Origin: a virus
Taxonomy: Duplodnaviria > Caudoviricetes
Length of the DNA stretch: 57,447 nt
Direction: 5' to 3' (one strand)
IMG/VR virus record: IMGVR_UViG_3300012931_000003
Location: 1 to 57,447 of that record
Part shown: positions 18,793-27,901 of the stretch, piece after piece
Layout of the letters: the number at the start of each line of letters is the position of its first letter
Position numbering within the stretch: position 1 is the first letter of the stretch
Made by a program: the position numbers and the translations under genes
Notes under the pieces: model-generated
The model's database searches: none
Told to the model about the DNA's origin: nothing
The model's input: only the letters and a program-made list of their open reading frames with translations

Positions 18793-19562
18793 ATGTCTAA
18801 ATCCGGTATACATATGAGGTTACGAGATGCAATATGTATGGATAAGCTTATATCTTGCGGTTGATCTTGTAGGGCTTGTATACGTAGCGATTAGGATCGA
18901 TGAGATAATAGGGGAACGCGGATTATAAGCGAAGTGTTAATATATCAGAGACAATATATATCAAAATATGTAGGGACTAATTCATATAGGTAGGCATACA
19001 AACTTACGTTCTGAACTGTTTAAGCCGCCATTCTGAACTGTTGAATATAGCGATTCTGAAATATAAAAGAAGTCCGGGGCGGTCTAAATAACCTGGATAA
19101 AATCACGTTGAAATAAACACAAAATTCCACGACACCCTTATATACCCCCTTTCCAAAACCCTTATATCCGGGGCGTTTGCCCTTACATCCGGGCAAAAAG
19201 AAACCCTCCCGAAGCTGGAACCCGGTCAGGGGCCGCATCTGGAGGGTAAGGTCCGCGAGGAGGAGGCAGCCCCGCCGAGGATCTTCGACGACGATTGGTC
19301 GTTACTTGGACAGTATGGCATGGAAGGGAATAGAAGTCAAGAGTGTATACAAAACAATCGACAGGGTGTATAAAAAATCATACACTTCAGCCGTGGAACC
19401 AACTACATCTATGGAAGAGTATGAAAAATCATACAGTATATCTTCGGCACCCATTCTGAATACATTAGTATACACCCGTAAGAAACACTTGTACTGTGTG
19501 TATACTTTTTCATACACTGTATAATAAATAATACATAGACGGTTCCTCGGCTATTGACAATA

Positions 19563-21200
19563 TTAAAGCTTAAAAATGAACGTGATATGTATTGACGAAA
19601 ACCTAGCCCCATGCATTTCTATTTTGAAATTATTTATATCCTCCTCCCTAAGCCTCCCCCTAGTCGTTATTATCGAATCCCCCTTACCCGTAGTCCTGAC
19701 GCCACTAGTACTAAGATCAGAATACTCATAACTCACAAAATACTTCCTCATCTCCCGCCTCCCCAAATCCCCAAAATTACCGGCAGAAAAGCAATTACAA
19801 TTGCTATTCCCCACAAAACCTTAAATATATTATGCCTAGCATAATACCCAAATGTGTTTGACATTCTATACATCAGTTCATGATGTATGCAAATCATCCC
19901 ACTGAAAACCACCACCGTACAATACACTTCATATATCACGTAGAACCTCCTCCATAAAAAGTGCCTGCAATACTCCTGTCTTCATCATAGCATGCGCTCT
20001 GCATATTATAATGTTAACCCAAACTTCCCTCATCCTCCTCTTATGCCTTCTCCTCGTTAAAATACTCATGCTATATCCTCGGTGGTAACACTGGTGGCTT
20101 ATTTGGAAATCTCTTCTTAAAATCCTCAAGGCATTCATCAGCTACTTTAAGTGCCATTGAAGTTGTAACTCCTATGCAATTTATTGTTGCCTCAAACGCC
20201 CTCATCCAAACCTCTTCATCCCTACTCAACATCTCAACCTCCAAATGCTTTCACCAATATCACCGCCAGTATTGCGCCCAGCATTCCAATCCCAACGCCA
20301 TACGCAAATCCAATCCTCATCCCGTACCTCTTCCCAATCTCAAAAGCCTTACTTATAGTCATCAGCCCACCTCATTTTCTCTCCAATTTTCTCGCATATA
20401 TCAGACCAATACTTAATACCCTCGCTGCTTTCTCTGAATAAAAACAATCCTTTCAGCCTCTCCGCGTTATCAAAAAACTCCATCTCTCCAGAATTTCTGC
20501 TTAAAATTCTGTAATTATTTATTTTTCTTATGGCTACTATTTTTTCATCCCATTTCATCTTCCTGCATTTCTCAATCTTCTCGATAACTGCCTCGTAACC
20601 ACCTAACATATGATTTCTCCTATACAGGCCACCAGACGAACGAGAAGGCACCGCCATTCAATTCCTGCATATACACCCACCACCCACCCCCGTGCTACGC
20701 AGCCTACCCCCATAAACCTCATGTCTCAGAGGCGATTCTCGTCATATCTGAGGCCGACTCCTGCAAATTCCCCAATTCCCACTCAGCCCTGCTTAGATCC
20801 CACCCCTGAGCTAATAGGTCATAGTTGAGAAGTACTCCACAAGTGTGTAGGTATGATAGCTCCCGCTCCATCCTGTCTATGGCTAATTTGGATTGTTTTG
20901 AAAGGGCTAGTATGCGGTTATTTTCCCTGGATTTCGTGTCACTCCAACTATCAAGCATATACTCTTTGTAATAATCAACTTTTCTTTTATCTTTAAATTC
21001 ACACTTTGGTTGCAATATAATATTACTCATTATTAATACCCTCCTGATTTTCCTGCGAATATATAATATTAAAATTATTATTACCAAATAATATATTATA
21101 TATATAATTCCATAATTCTTCGATATTACCATAAGACTCATCTATTATTATAATATTATCTCTTATTTTTCCTACTCCTCCTCTGCATATACATATTCTC
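19563..21200 (-). CDS. String of about 8 very small hypothetical genes, some membrane peptides (e.g. MRKYFVSYEY..., MSILTRRR..., MLSRDEEVW..., MTISKAFEIG..., MLGGYEAV..., MSNIILQPK...)
   Basis: Abutting ORFs with GGAGG-like RBSs read by hand; individual boundaries uncertain. Confidence 0.45.
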
Positions 21201-21205
21201 ATATT

Positions 21206-22477
21206 CTACCTCCTATCCTCAAATCTCAATCTATCTGGATTAAAAACAGCATCTATTGTGAAGCATGTTCCATTCCTAGACTTTGCCCTTATTATCTTGG
21301 TATCGTTAGACTCTCTTTCCCTGTGTAGAAATATCACATCGTCCGCATCCTGCTCTAATGATCCAGATTCTCTCAGCATAGAAAGTGTTGGTATTTCCCC
21401 CTCAGCTCCTCGCGTTAACTGGCTTAACACAAATACAGGCACATCTAATTCCCTTGCCAACCTCTTGCAAGCTCTGCTCACAATAGATATCTGCTCATGT
21501 CGTGGTAGTTTTGGTTGCTCAGAATCTATGAGGCCAATATAGTCCAGAATTATCATCTGACATTTATCATTACGAACCATGCGCCTTGATCTCGCCTGAA
21601 ACTGCGATAGTGTTAATCCATACTCGCAGTCATCAATAAATAATTTATCCTCTCCAGCGAGTTCGTTTCCTGCTATCATCATCTTCTCGAAAAAAGAAGT
21701 GGTGAGTGTGATCATTCCGCGAGATGATGTATCTGCCCCTGATTGAGTGCGCAATAATCTTCTCGCTAATTTAGTCCCACTCATTTCCAATGAGAAATAC
21801 CCTACGTTTTTCTTGTCGTAGAATATAGCATCTCTTGCTAGGTTGTTTAACGCAAATACCGTCTTACCAATACTTGTTCGTGCCCCGATTATTATGTATT
21901 CCCCATTCCCAAAAGACCCCAATTTGTCCTGAAGGTCTGAAAGCCTTGGCGTTATCCCTGGCAATACACCTCCTAATGCGTGCTCCTTCTCCATCTCTTC
22001 CAGGGCTGACATGAAGTGCTTCTTGAGTGGGGAGTACTCAGCATTCCCACCACTAAAAGATGCAGCATCCAAACCCCTCATAAGATCACTAAAAATATCC
22101 TGCGTATTCTCAGATACGTTTGCTATCCTGTTTGCAGCCTTTAATATTTCAGCCTTCATCCTTCTTCGAAATGACAGGCTTGTAAGTTCAAGAAAGAAAT
22201 AGTCTATATTTGCAGAGCTTGGTACCTTATCATATATTTCGAGAACCAATGGCAGTAATTCCTTATCTTTACTTTTCACTAGCTCTGAACACACAACACT
22301 CTGTGTTGGTTTATACCCTTTTGAGTGCAAGTCAATTATTATATTAAATATCTTCCTGTTATCTTCAATGACAAAGTCTTCGTCTTTTATGCGTCCTAAA
22401 TAGGTGTCAATAGTTGATGTATCTTGCATGAGCTGACTTAGAAATATCTGCTCATACTCCAAGTTGTAGAGTTCCAC
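21206..22477 (-). CDS. dnaB: Replicative DNA helicase
   Basis: GARTSIGKT, FSLEMS, ILDYIGL, LSQLTR, LRESGSLEQDAD, KSRNG. Confidence 0.95.
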   Translation of the reverse strand: MELYNLEYEQIFLSQLMQDTSTIDTYLGRIKDEDFVIEDNRKIFNIIIDLHSKGYKPTQSVVCSELVKSKDKELLPLVLEIYDKVPSSANIDYFFLELTSLSFRRRMKAEILKAANRIANVSENTQDIFSDLMRGLDAASFSGGNAEYSPLKKHFMSALEEMEKEHALGGVLPGITPRLSDLQDKLGSFGNGEYIIIGARTSIGKTVFALNNLARDAIFYDKKNVGYFSLEMSGTKLARRLLRTQSGADTSSRGMITLTTSFFEKMMIAGNELAGEDKLFIDDCEYGLTLSQFQARSRRMVRNDKCQMIILDYIGLIDSEQPKLPRHEQISIVSRACKRLARELDVPVFVLSQLTRGAEGEIPTLSMLRESGSLEQDADDVIFLHRERESNDTKIIRAKSRNGTCFTIDAVFNPDRLRFEDRR

Positions 22478-23647
22478 TTACATCCCCTTAGCCATATTCT
22501 CTTTGAACGCTTTAAGTCTTTCGAATCCAGCTTCGGTGTCTTTGCGAAGTTGTTCCTTCTCAGCATCGGTGCCATATTTCATTATCTTAAAAGCCTCAAG
22601 CTCATCTCGCGTATCGTATCCGCAATTCTCGCAGATATATAATCCGCCATTCGCTTGCACAATACTTCCGCAGTTAGGGCAAGGCTTGGATCTCACCGTA
22701 ACTTTCTTAGCTCCTGGTTTAAGAAAAGTAGTGAATGGATTTGCTGATGTTAGATATCGCGATATTCCCTTCGCGAGAAATCCTTCGCATCCATACTCAA
22801 ATTGCTCATAGCTGTCTTTGTTGTCTTGAATAACCTTGAAGTTATTTATGGCGTCTTTTATCTCGAAAAACTTGTATACTGAAACGCCCTTAACTGCGTC
22901 GGCTGATTTTGCTGGAGGCCACTGAAGTGCGGGTAGGCGACACTCGGGCGTGACTTTTTTATCTTGCCAGTATTCACGAGCGAGTTCGAGCTTCTGTGCG
23001 GGTGTGGGTTCGTCGTCGGGAATGTCGTCGAACTCTTGGGGTTCCTGGGGCTCGTCGGGAGGGAAGGCGTTGCTGTAGTCGTCGGGACCGAAAGGGGAGT
23101 CGTTGCGAATGTCTGGCTCTTGAGGCGTTTCGATTTTTGGTACCGTACTGTGAGATGTATCCGTATCCTTATCCAGATCAAATTCCAAGTCCGAATTCAG
23201 ATAGCTCGGGCGATAGTCGGCGGTAGGTGTAGGAACCTGTACGGTATGTATATCATATAGGTTTGTATCTATAGGGTACTGGTATCCTACCTGAAGCAAT
23301 AGAGATATTATATCTTTTGGAGTAGAAAACAGGCACTTGTCGATGCCTTCTTTGATTGTTTTCTTGTTCTGCCACTTTTGATGTTTCGGCCATGAAGGGA
23401 GCACGATCCACCCATTAAAATAAAAACACTTCTTGCTTGACTTAAATTTTGATAAAATTATTCCAATAGCATCTTTATTGAAACCAGTATCGAAAGACAT
23501 CCTGTCTATTGTTATCTTATACACGCCAGCTATATTAGTCAGCGTGTTAGTCATCAAATAAAGATACAAGAACTTTTCATTAGGATTAAGCGTCCTGATC
23601 CAATCATCATCCCAAAAGCTTGTGGAAATGTATCTCTGTGTTGACAT
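22478..23647 (-). CDS. Phage replication initiator (N-terminal HTH, acidic linker, C-terminal Zn ribbon)
   Basis: RYISTSFWDD...EKFLYLYLMTN...GVYKI N-terminus typical of replisome organisers; CPNC...CENC; directly upstream of dnaB. Confidence 0.75.
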   Translation of the reverse strand: MSTQRYISTSFWDDDWIRTLNPNEKFLYLYLMTNTLTNIAGVYKITIDRMSFDTGFNKDAIGIILSKFKSSKKCFYFNGWIVLPSWPKHQKWQNKKTIKEGIDKCLFSTPKDIISLLLQVGYQYPIDTNLYDIHTVQVPTPTADYRPSYLNSDLEFDLDKDTDTSHSTVPKIETPQEPDIRNDSPFGPDDYSNAFPPDEPQEPQEFDDIPDDEPTPAQKLELAREYWQDKKVTPECRLPALQWPPAKSADAVKGVSVYKFFEIKDAINNFKVIQDNKDSYEQFEYGCEGFLAKGISRYLTSANPFTTFLKPGAKKVTVRSKPCPNCGSIVQANGGLYICENCGYDTRDELEAFKIMKYGTDAEKEQLRKDTEAGFERLKAFKENMAKGM

Positions 23648-23663
23648 TATAAACCATCCTAAA

Positions 23664-23846
23664 TTATTCTACTATTTCCACTCTAGTTGATTCGTTAATC
23701 CTCGGAAGCCTTCTGGGGATTCCACACTCGTCGAGAGCCCGGTATAAAGCGTATGTGGTTATTCCGTAATATTCGCAAAGTTCCGACACTGATTTTTCTT
23801 GATACTGCCTTAAAAGTTCTTCCTTGGTTATCTTAACCTTCTTCAT
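23664..23846 (-). CDS. Small HTH DNA-binding protein
   Basis: SVSELCEYYGITTYALYRAL. Confidence 0.65.
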   Translation of the reverse strand: MKKVKITKEELLRQYQEKSVSELCEYYGITTYALYRALDECGIPRRLPRINESTRVEIVE

Positions 23847-23959
23847 TTATAGCCCTCCGTGTTAATTGTAATCATAATTCAGATTACGAAACCGGTCAAT
23901 ACCAGATCAAATAAAAATAGCCCACCCTCCGGCAGGCTATATAAACTTACTTGAATATA

Positions 23960-25289
23960 TCAGAAGGGCTGCTCATTCCTCTGGATATCCTCCCCATCCT
24001 CCGTAAACTCCACCCTCACGTCGTCCTTCCGGCAGGCGCAGGTAATCGCCAACACCTCGAATGTCTGCCCTGGATTCATCGCCGCGAGGCGCTTTGCCTC
24101 ACATATCGCATCACTATGCATCCTGTGAACCACCTTCGGCGGAATCGAGCGGTCAGAATTGAACACGTAGTAACCCTTGTTAAGATCTGCCATCTTCTTC
24201 TCCTTTTCTTCTTGTCTTAACTCTGCGGTATATCTTTCCACATCAGACAAACAAAAAATTGTTTTGTGTATGGTTCCTGCTCCTGGACATTTGCAGTAAT
24301 AATAACAAAATCCTTTTATTCCATATCCAAAATATAGTGGATTACATTGCTCTCCACATCTTTGGCAATATAACTTCAATTCCTACCTCCTATTCTTTTC
24401 CTTCGCATTGATCTCAGCCGCCCTATTAATCTCATCCTGCTTCTTGCAAAGCTTCAAAAAATCTTCCTTGAATGATATAACTGGCCCGTTTTTTCTATTT
24501 ATTGGAACAACTCCAAACATATCCAAAGCCGTGGAAAATGCCAGTGCGTCTACCACATGCTCAACGCACACCATTTTTTTACCAATTGACGCCACGGATC
24601 TCTTCCCGCAAGCCTTCAATTCTTTTGACTCATTATCCCACTCTTCAAAATCACATACCCTATCAGAGTCTCCATACTTCAAAATATTGGCTTTCATAGG
24701 CACTCCAAAATAGACAGTTGTCTATATGCTATGTTGTTGAATTTAAATGATCTCGAAGCCATTCAGCATCTACCAGATTGTCGCAGTCAAATGACCTTTT
24801 CCCGTTGGTTACAGTCCATCTCTGCCAAAAACCTTCATCTCCGGGGCCTGTGTCGTTATCATATTCAACATTCCACATAAAAAACTACCTCTCATATCTC
24901 ATCAAACTAGAATCCCACTTGTCGAACCTGTATCCTTTTCCGAGTAAAACTCCTTCCTCTATATGGAACTCGTTATTTACTGGTTTTTCAGGCTCTATCT
25001 TCTTTCCATCGTAATATCCTTCAGGGGCTTCACCCATAAATATAACCCATTTTTTATACTTAAAAGATCCGCCATTTCCAACGAATCCATCCTGCTTTCT
25101 CTTTTGCCTCAGAGATGTCTTGTTGGCTTTTGCGTCCAGAACAAGATGAGGATCGAGTCTTGCCCCGTTTATTGTAAGTTTGTCGGCCATGGCAGAAATG
25201 GACTTAGAAATAACAACCACTCCGTTGTCTATAGTCCAGCAGCATTTCGGATTTCCTCCGTGGCTTTTTACGTCAGCATTAGTGCCCAC
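23960..25289 (-). CDS. Hypothetical genes (23960-24379, 24383-24703, about 24730-24879 MWNVEYDND..., 24885-25289)
   Basis: Co-oriented, packed ORFs with RBSs. Confidence 0.5.
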
Positions 25290-25785
25290 AGTATGCCTCC
25301 ATGTAGTGATTTATCATCTTTATGTAGTAATGGCATACGCCATGTTTATCAACCCAATTCGTACCTTTGTGATATGCGGAAAATGCAAGATCTTTATTTC
25401 TAAACTTGTCTAATTCTTCTTTGTATTCAAGTGCAGATATTCTGGTATAGTCATAAGGGTTATTGGGATTATACTCACCCCACTTTTTAACTCTCTCTGC
25501 GTGTATTTTTTTTGTCTCATGTAAACCCATAGGACTTACGTCTAGTTTATTTGGATGGTTCTTAAATTTCATCATTGAAGATTCTGCATAACAAATAGCA
25601 GCCAAGTCGAGAACTTCAACTTGTGCGTAATTGGCTGCCATGAAGAAAGCATCATAGTATTCTTCTTTAAGCAGCGGTATTTCTATTTTGCACATTTCTA
25701 TAAATATTTCGTATTTTACAAATGGATGATAAAGTTTAGCCGAGAACGTGAGAAGCGGAATTATTAGAAATAATAGCCTTCTCAA
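25279..25785 (-). CDS. Lytic transglycosylase (SLT)-like protein with N-terminal signal
   Basis: AAICYAESS (catalytic ES), PMGL, SAYHKG. Confidence 0.6.
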   Translation of the reverse strand: MRRLLFLIIPLLTFSAKLYHPFVKYEIFIEMCKIEIPLLKEEYYDAFFMAANYAQVEVLDLAAICYAESSMMKFKNHPNKLDVSPMGLHETKKIHAERVKKWGEYNPNNPYDYTRISALEYKEELDKFRNKDLAFSAYHKGTNWVDKHGVCHYYIKMINHYMEAYCGH

Positions 25786-25888
25786 ATTTACCTCAAACTT
25801 AGGGAGTCTTTCCTCCCTGCCAGCCGATAGCAGCTTCTAATCTGCGACAATAACCACAATGCCATCCTCATGGTATTCAAAACGCAGA

Positions 25889-25962
25889 TGCCCCCGCATT
25901 GATTTGAACAATGGACCCGCTGATTATGAGTCAGCCGCTCTAACCAACTGAGCTACAGGGGC
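25889..25962 (-). tRNA. tRNA with CAU anticodon, most likely tRNA-Ile2 (lysidine); no encoded CCA
   Basis: GCCCCTGTAGCTCAGTTGGTTAGAGCGGCTGACTCATAATCAGCGGGTCCATTGTTCAAATCAATGCGGGGGCA folds as a cloverleaf; C4:G69 and C5:G68 pairs (TilS determinants), A73. Confidence 0.9.
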
Positions 25963-26070
25963 TAAAAACAGAATAACACATCCGCCCCAAAACTGACAGT
26001 CTCAAGGCGGATAACTTGCATAGTGCCCATGCCCGTATAGTCACGGGCTACGATCTACCGATGCCGAAGG

Positions 26071-26343
26071 TTACGCGAGCGGGTTGAGGTCGCCCTGCTC
26101 GGGCGCAGCGGCGGACTGCTCGGCCTTCTTGCCGCGCGGCTTCTTCTCCCTGGTCACGTCGAGGGCGTCGATGAGCTTGTAGATCTTGTCCACGGTGGTC
26201 GTGGCGACTTCCGCGTACGAGCGGTCGCCGACGATGAAGGGCTTCGGGCCGTTCTCGTCGCCGTAGAGCATATCGGACTTCTTGACGGGCTTCTTGGAAA
26301 TGTCACAGACCTGCTCAGTGACTTTCTTGGTAATCGTTCCCAT
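26071..26343 (-). CDS. Possible Lsr2-like/nucleoid-type protein
   Basis: KKVTEQVCDIS...FIVGDRSY...helix, then KKPRGKK; AGGAGG RBS; GC-rich codons. Confidence 0.4.
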   Translation of the reverse strand: MGTITKKVTEQVCDISKKPVKKSDMLYGDENGPKPFIVGDRSYAEVATTTVDKIYKLIDALDVTREKKPRGKKAEQSAAAPEQGDLNPLA

Positions 26344-26392
26344 AGGAACCTCCTGAGAAATTTTCGAACACCAAATCAACGATCTGGTTTAC

Positions 26393-26479
26393 CGGAGCCT
26401 GGAAGATTCGAACTTCCGTAACCATTGCTGGTTATACAGTTTTCAAGACTGCCACCTTCGGCCTCTCGGTCAAGGCTCC
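26393..26479 (-). tRNA. tRNA-Ser(UGA); no encoded CCA
   Basis: GGAGCCT acceptor, GCAGT-CTTGAAA-ACTGT anticodon arm, long variable arm, GGAAG-TTCGAAT-CTTCC T arm, G73. Confidence 0.92.
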
Positions 26480-26492
26480 ATCTATAAAATAA

Positions 26493-27008
26493 ACCGGCAC
26501 TGGCGCCTGACCGGGCGATGGTCCATGTCACCCAGGCTGAATTTTTAGGACTTCCAGTGTGGCACTCTCCAATGCCGGTAGTATCCAAAATCAACCCCGG
26601 TTTCCACGGGGCCAGGAGTTTCACCTGTTGGCTCCTACGTTTCGGGCCGCTAAGCCTCGCCGGTAGGTATCACTCGTTGAATCGGTTTCTTTCCGTCTTG
26701 CGGTTTTCCGATCCATTGTTACCCATACGAATGGGTAGATATTTTCTACACGAAGATTCCCATCGGCAACGCAACTGCCTGCGTGGCGGTCACAAATTCT
26801 AGGCCGATTTATTGGGATGTATTAGGCCCGTTATGCGGAACGCACTAATTCATCTCCATATCTGTAGCAATTACTCTAAGCTGAGAGGGACCACTCTGTA
26901 AGGTTCCATAGTAATGGTCAGTTAATGCGTGGTAAACACCACGCCTTCCTGGGCTCCCAGGGATAAAGTCACTTCAATGTTGGCACCTCCCATCCACAGC
27001 GCTGCATG
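26493..27008 (-). ncRNA. Candidate large structured non-coding RNA(s) of unknown class
   Basis: About 515 nt with no credible ORF and dense, nested hairpins; lies directly 5' of tRNA-Ser in the same orientation. Confidence 0.55.
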
Positions 27009-27215
27009 TTAGGCCGCCCAACCGGGAACCACATTCCCGTGGTATGCCTTCCCAACTATGAGCCTGCGCCGGATCTTCCGGCAAGCGCTGGTAGCGTGAT
27101 CGGCTATGGCGTATTCAATGGCAACGGTTTTGAGACGCGTCACCTCAGGGATAACCGCGTCAATGGGAGCGGTAAAGAACGCCAGAAAGGCCGATGCAAC
27201 GCAAATCAGGATCAT
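27009..27215 (-). CDS. Small protein with hydrophobic N-terminus; first gene of the RNA operon
   Basis: GAGGAG RBS; promoter TTGACA(27318-27313)-17-TAGTAT upstream. Confidence 0.5.
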   Translation of the reverse strand: MILICVASAFLAFFTAPIDAVIPEVTRLKTVAIEYAIADHATSACRKIRRRLIVGKAYHGNVVPGWAA

Positions 27216-27314
27216 GCAGACTCCTCATCTTTTTTTTACAGGGCAAATGTAAGTTGGACTGGCGCCAGCATCACTTACGTGACTTCTTGATACTACACCT
27301 TCATAAATATATTG

Positions 27315-27575
27315 TCAATCTTTTTCTTCTTGTTTTGAAAAGTTTTTTATTCCGGCATTTATGAATGCTTTATTAGCAGCCTTTTCCATCTTCTCAAGAA
27401 CGTCTTCCATTGTAACTATTGATTCTCGCTTGCGAGGAGTCATCTTTCCTAGGAACCAGTTTTTGTATGTGTTAATATGTACTCCGAGATATACGGCTGC
27501 TTCTTCTTGAGAAAAGCCAGCAAGGCCCTGGAGTCGAATAAGCTTGTCTTGAAACTCGCTATTCTTTGACTTCAT
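27315..27575 (-). CDS. XRE-family HTH regulator
   Basis: GFSQEEAAVYLGVHINTYKNWFLGKMTP. Confidence 0.85.
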   Translation of the reverse strand: MKSKNSEFQDKLIRLQGLAGFSQEEAAVYLGVHINTYKNWFLGKMTPRKRESIVTMEDVLEKMEKAANKAFINAGIKNFSKQEEKD

Positions 27576-27831
27576 ACTTCCTCACAAGATTCGCATAGTT
27601 CTTAGGCTCGTGCTCTTCATCAAGTCTGACCACAACGACACAGTCGCTTCCGAGGCCCCACCGGATAGCAAGAAAACACCCAGGAACTAGCTCTGCTTCG
27701 CTATAGGTTGAAAGTCTTGCATCTCCAGCGAAGCATTTTGCCGCTTTTTCAGCAAAAGCCACCTCTGCGTTTATCTCATCAACTCTGACTTGCCTCATTG
27801 CATGCCTCCTGTCTATTTTTCTATAATACAT
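27559..27831 (-). CDS. Hypothetical protein (likely start MRQVRV)
   Basis: AGGAGG RBS before the internal ATG. Confidence 0.5.
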   Translation of the reverse strand: MYYRKIDRRHAMRQVRVDEINAEVAFAEKAAKCFAGDARLSTYSEAELVPGCFLAIRWGLGSDCVVVVRLDEEHEPKNYANLVRKYEVKE

Positions 27832-27901
27832 GTCTTATTATGTTTTGTCTACTGTTGACAACATCCTTTCTATATGATACCTTGTTCTAACGGAGGAAAA
27901 G

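Noticed and set aside
19020-19612. ORFs called in the 19.0-19.6 kb gap
   Set aside because: Mutually overlapping, no RBS, and coincident with repeat/operator DNA.
23010-23090. TCGTCG(GGA) repeats as lambda-like iterons inside the initiator gene
   Set aside because: Irregular spacing, and explained by the encoded PDD/PDE linker; not fully excluded.
26634-26667. Hammerhead ribozyme (CCTAC-CGGCGAG...CGAAAC-GTAGG on -)
   Set aside because: The core reads CCGGCGA instead of CUGANGA, stem II is out of register and stem III is absent. Kept only as part of the larger RNA candidate.
26376-26802. ORFs 26376-26624 (-) and 26518-26802 (+)
   Set aside because: They overlap tRNA-Ser or structured RNA, have no RBS, and have non-protein-like composition.
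26590-27215. tmRNA, group I/II intron or RNase P assignment
   Set aside because: ORF 27009-27215 ends in AA like a tmRNA tag, and TTCAACGAGT and GAGCC..GTGAAA resemble intron motifs. However, the tRNA-like ends, P7 partner, full domain V and GAGGAAAGTCC are missing.
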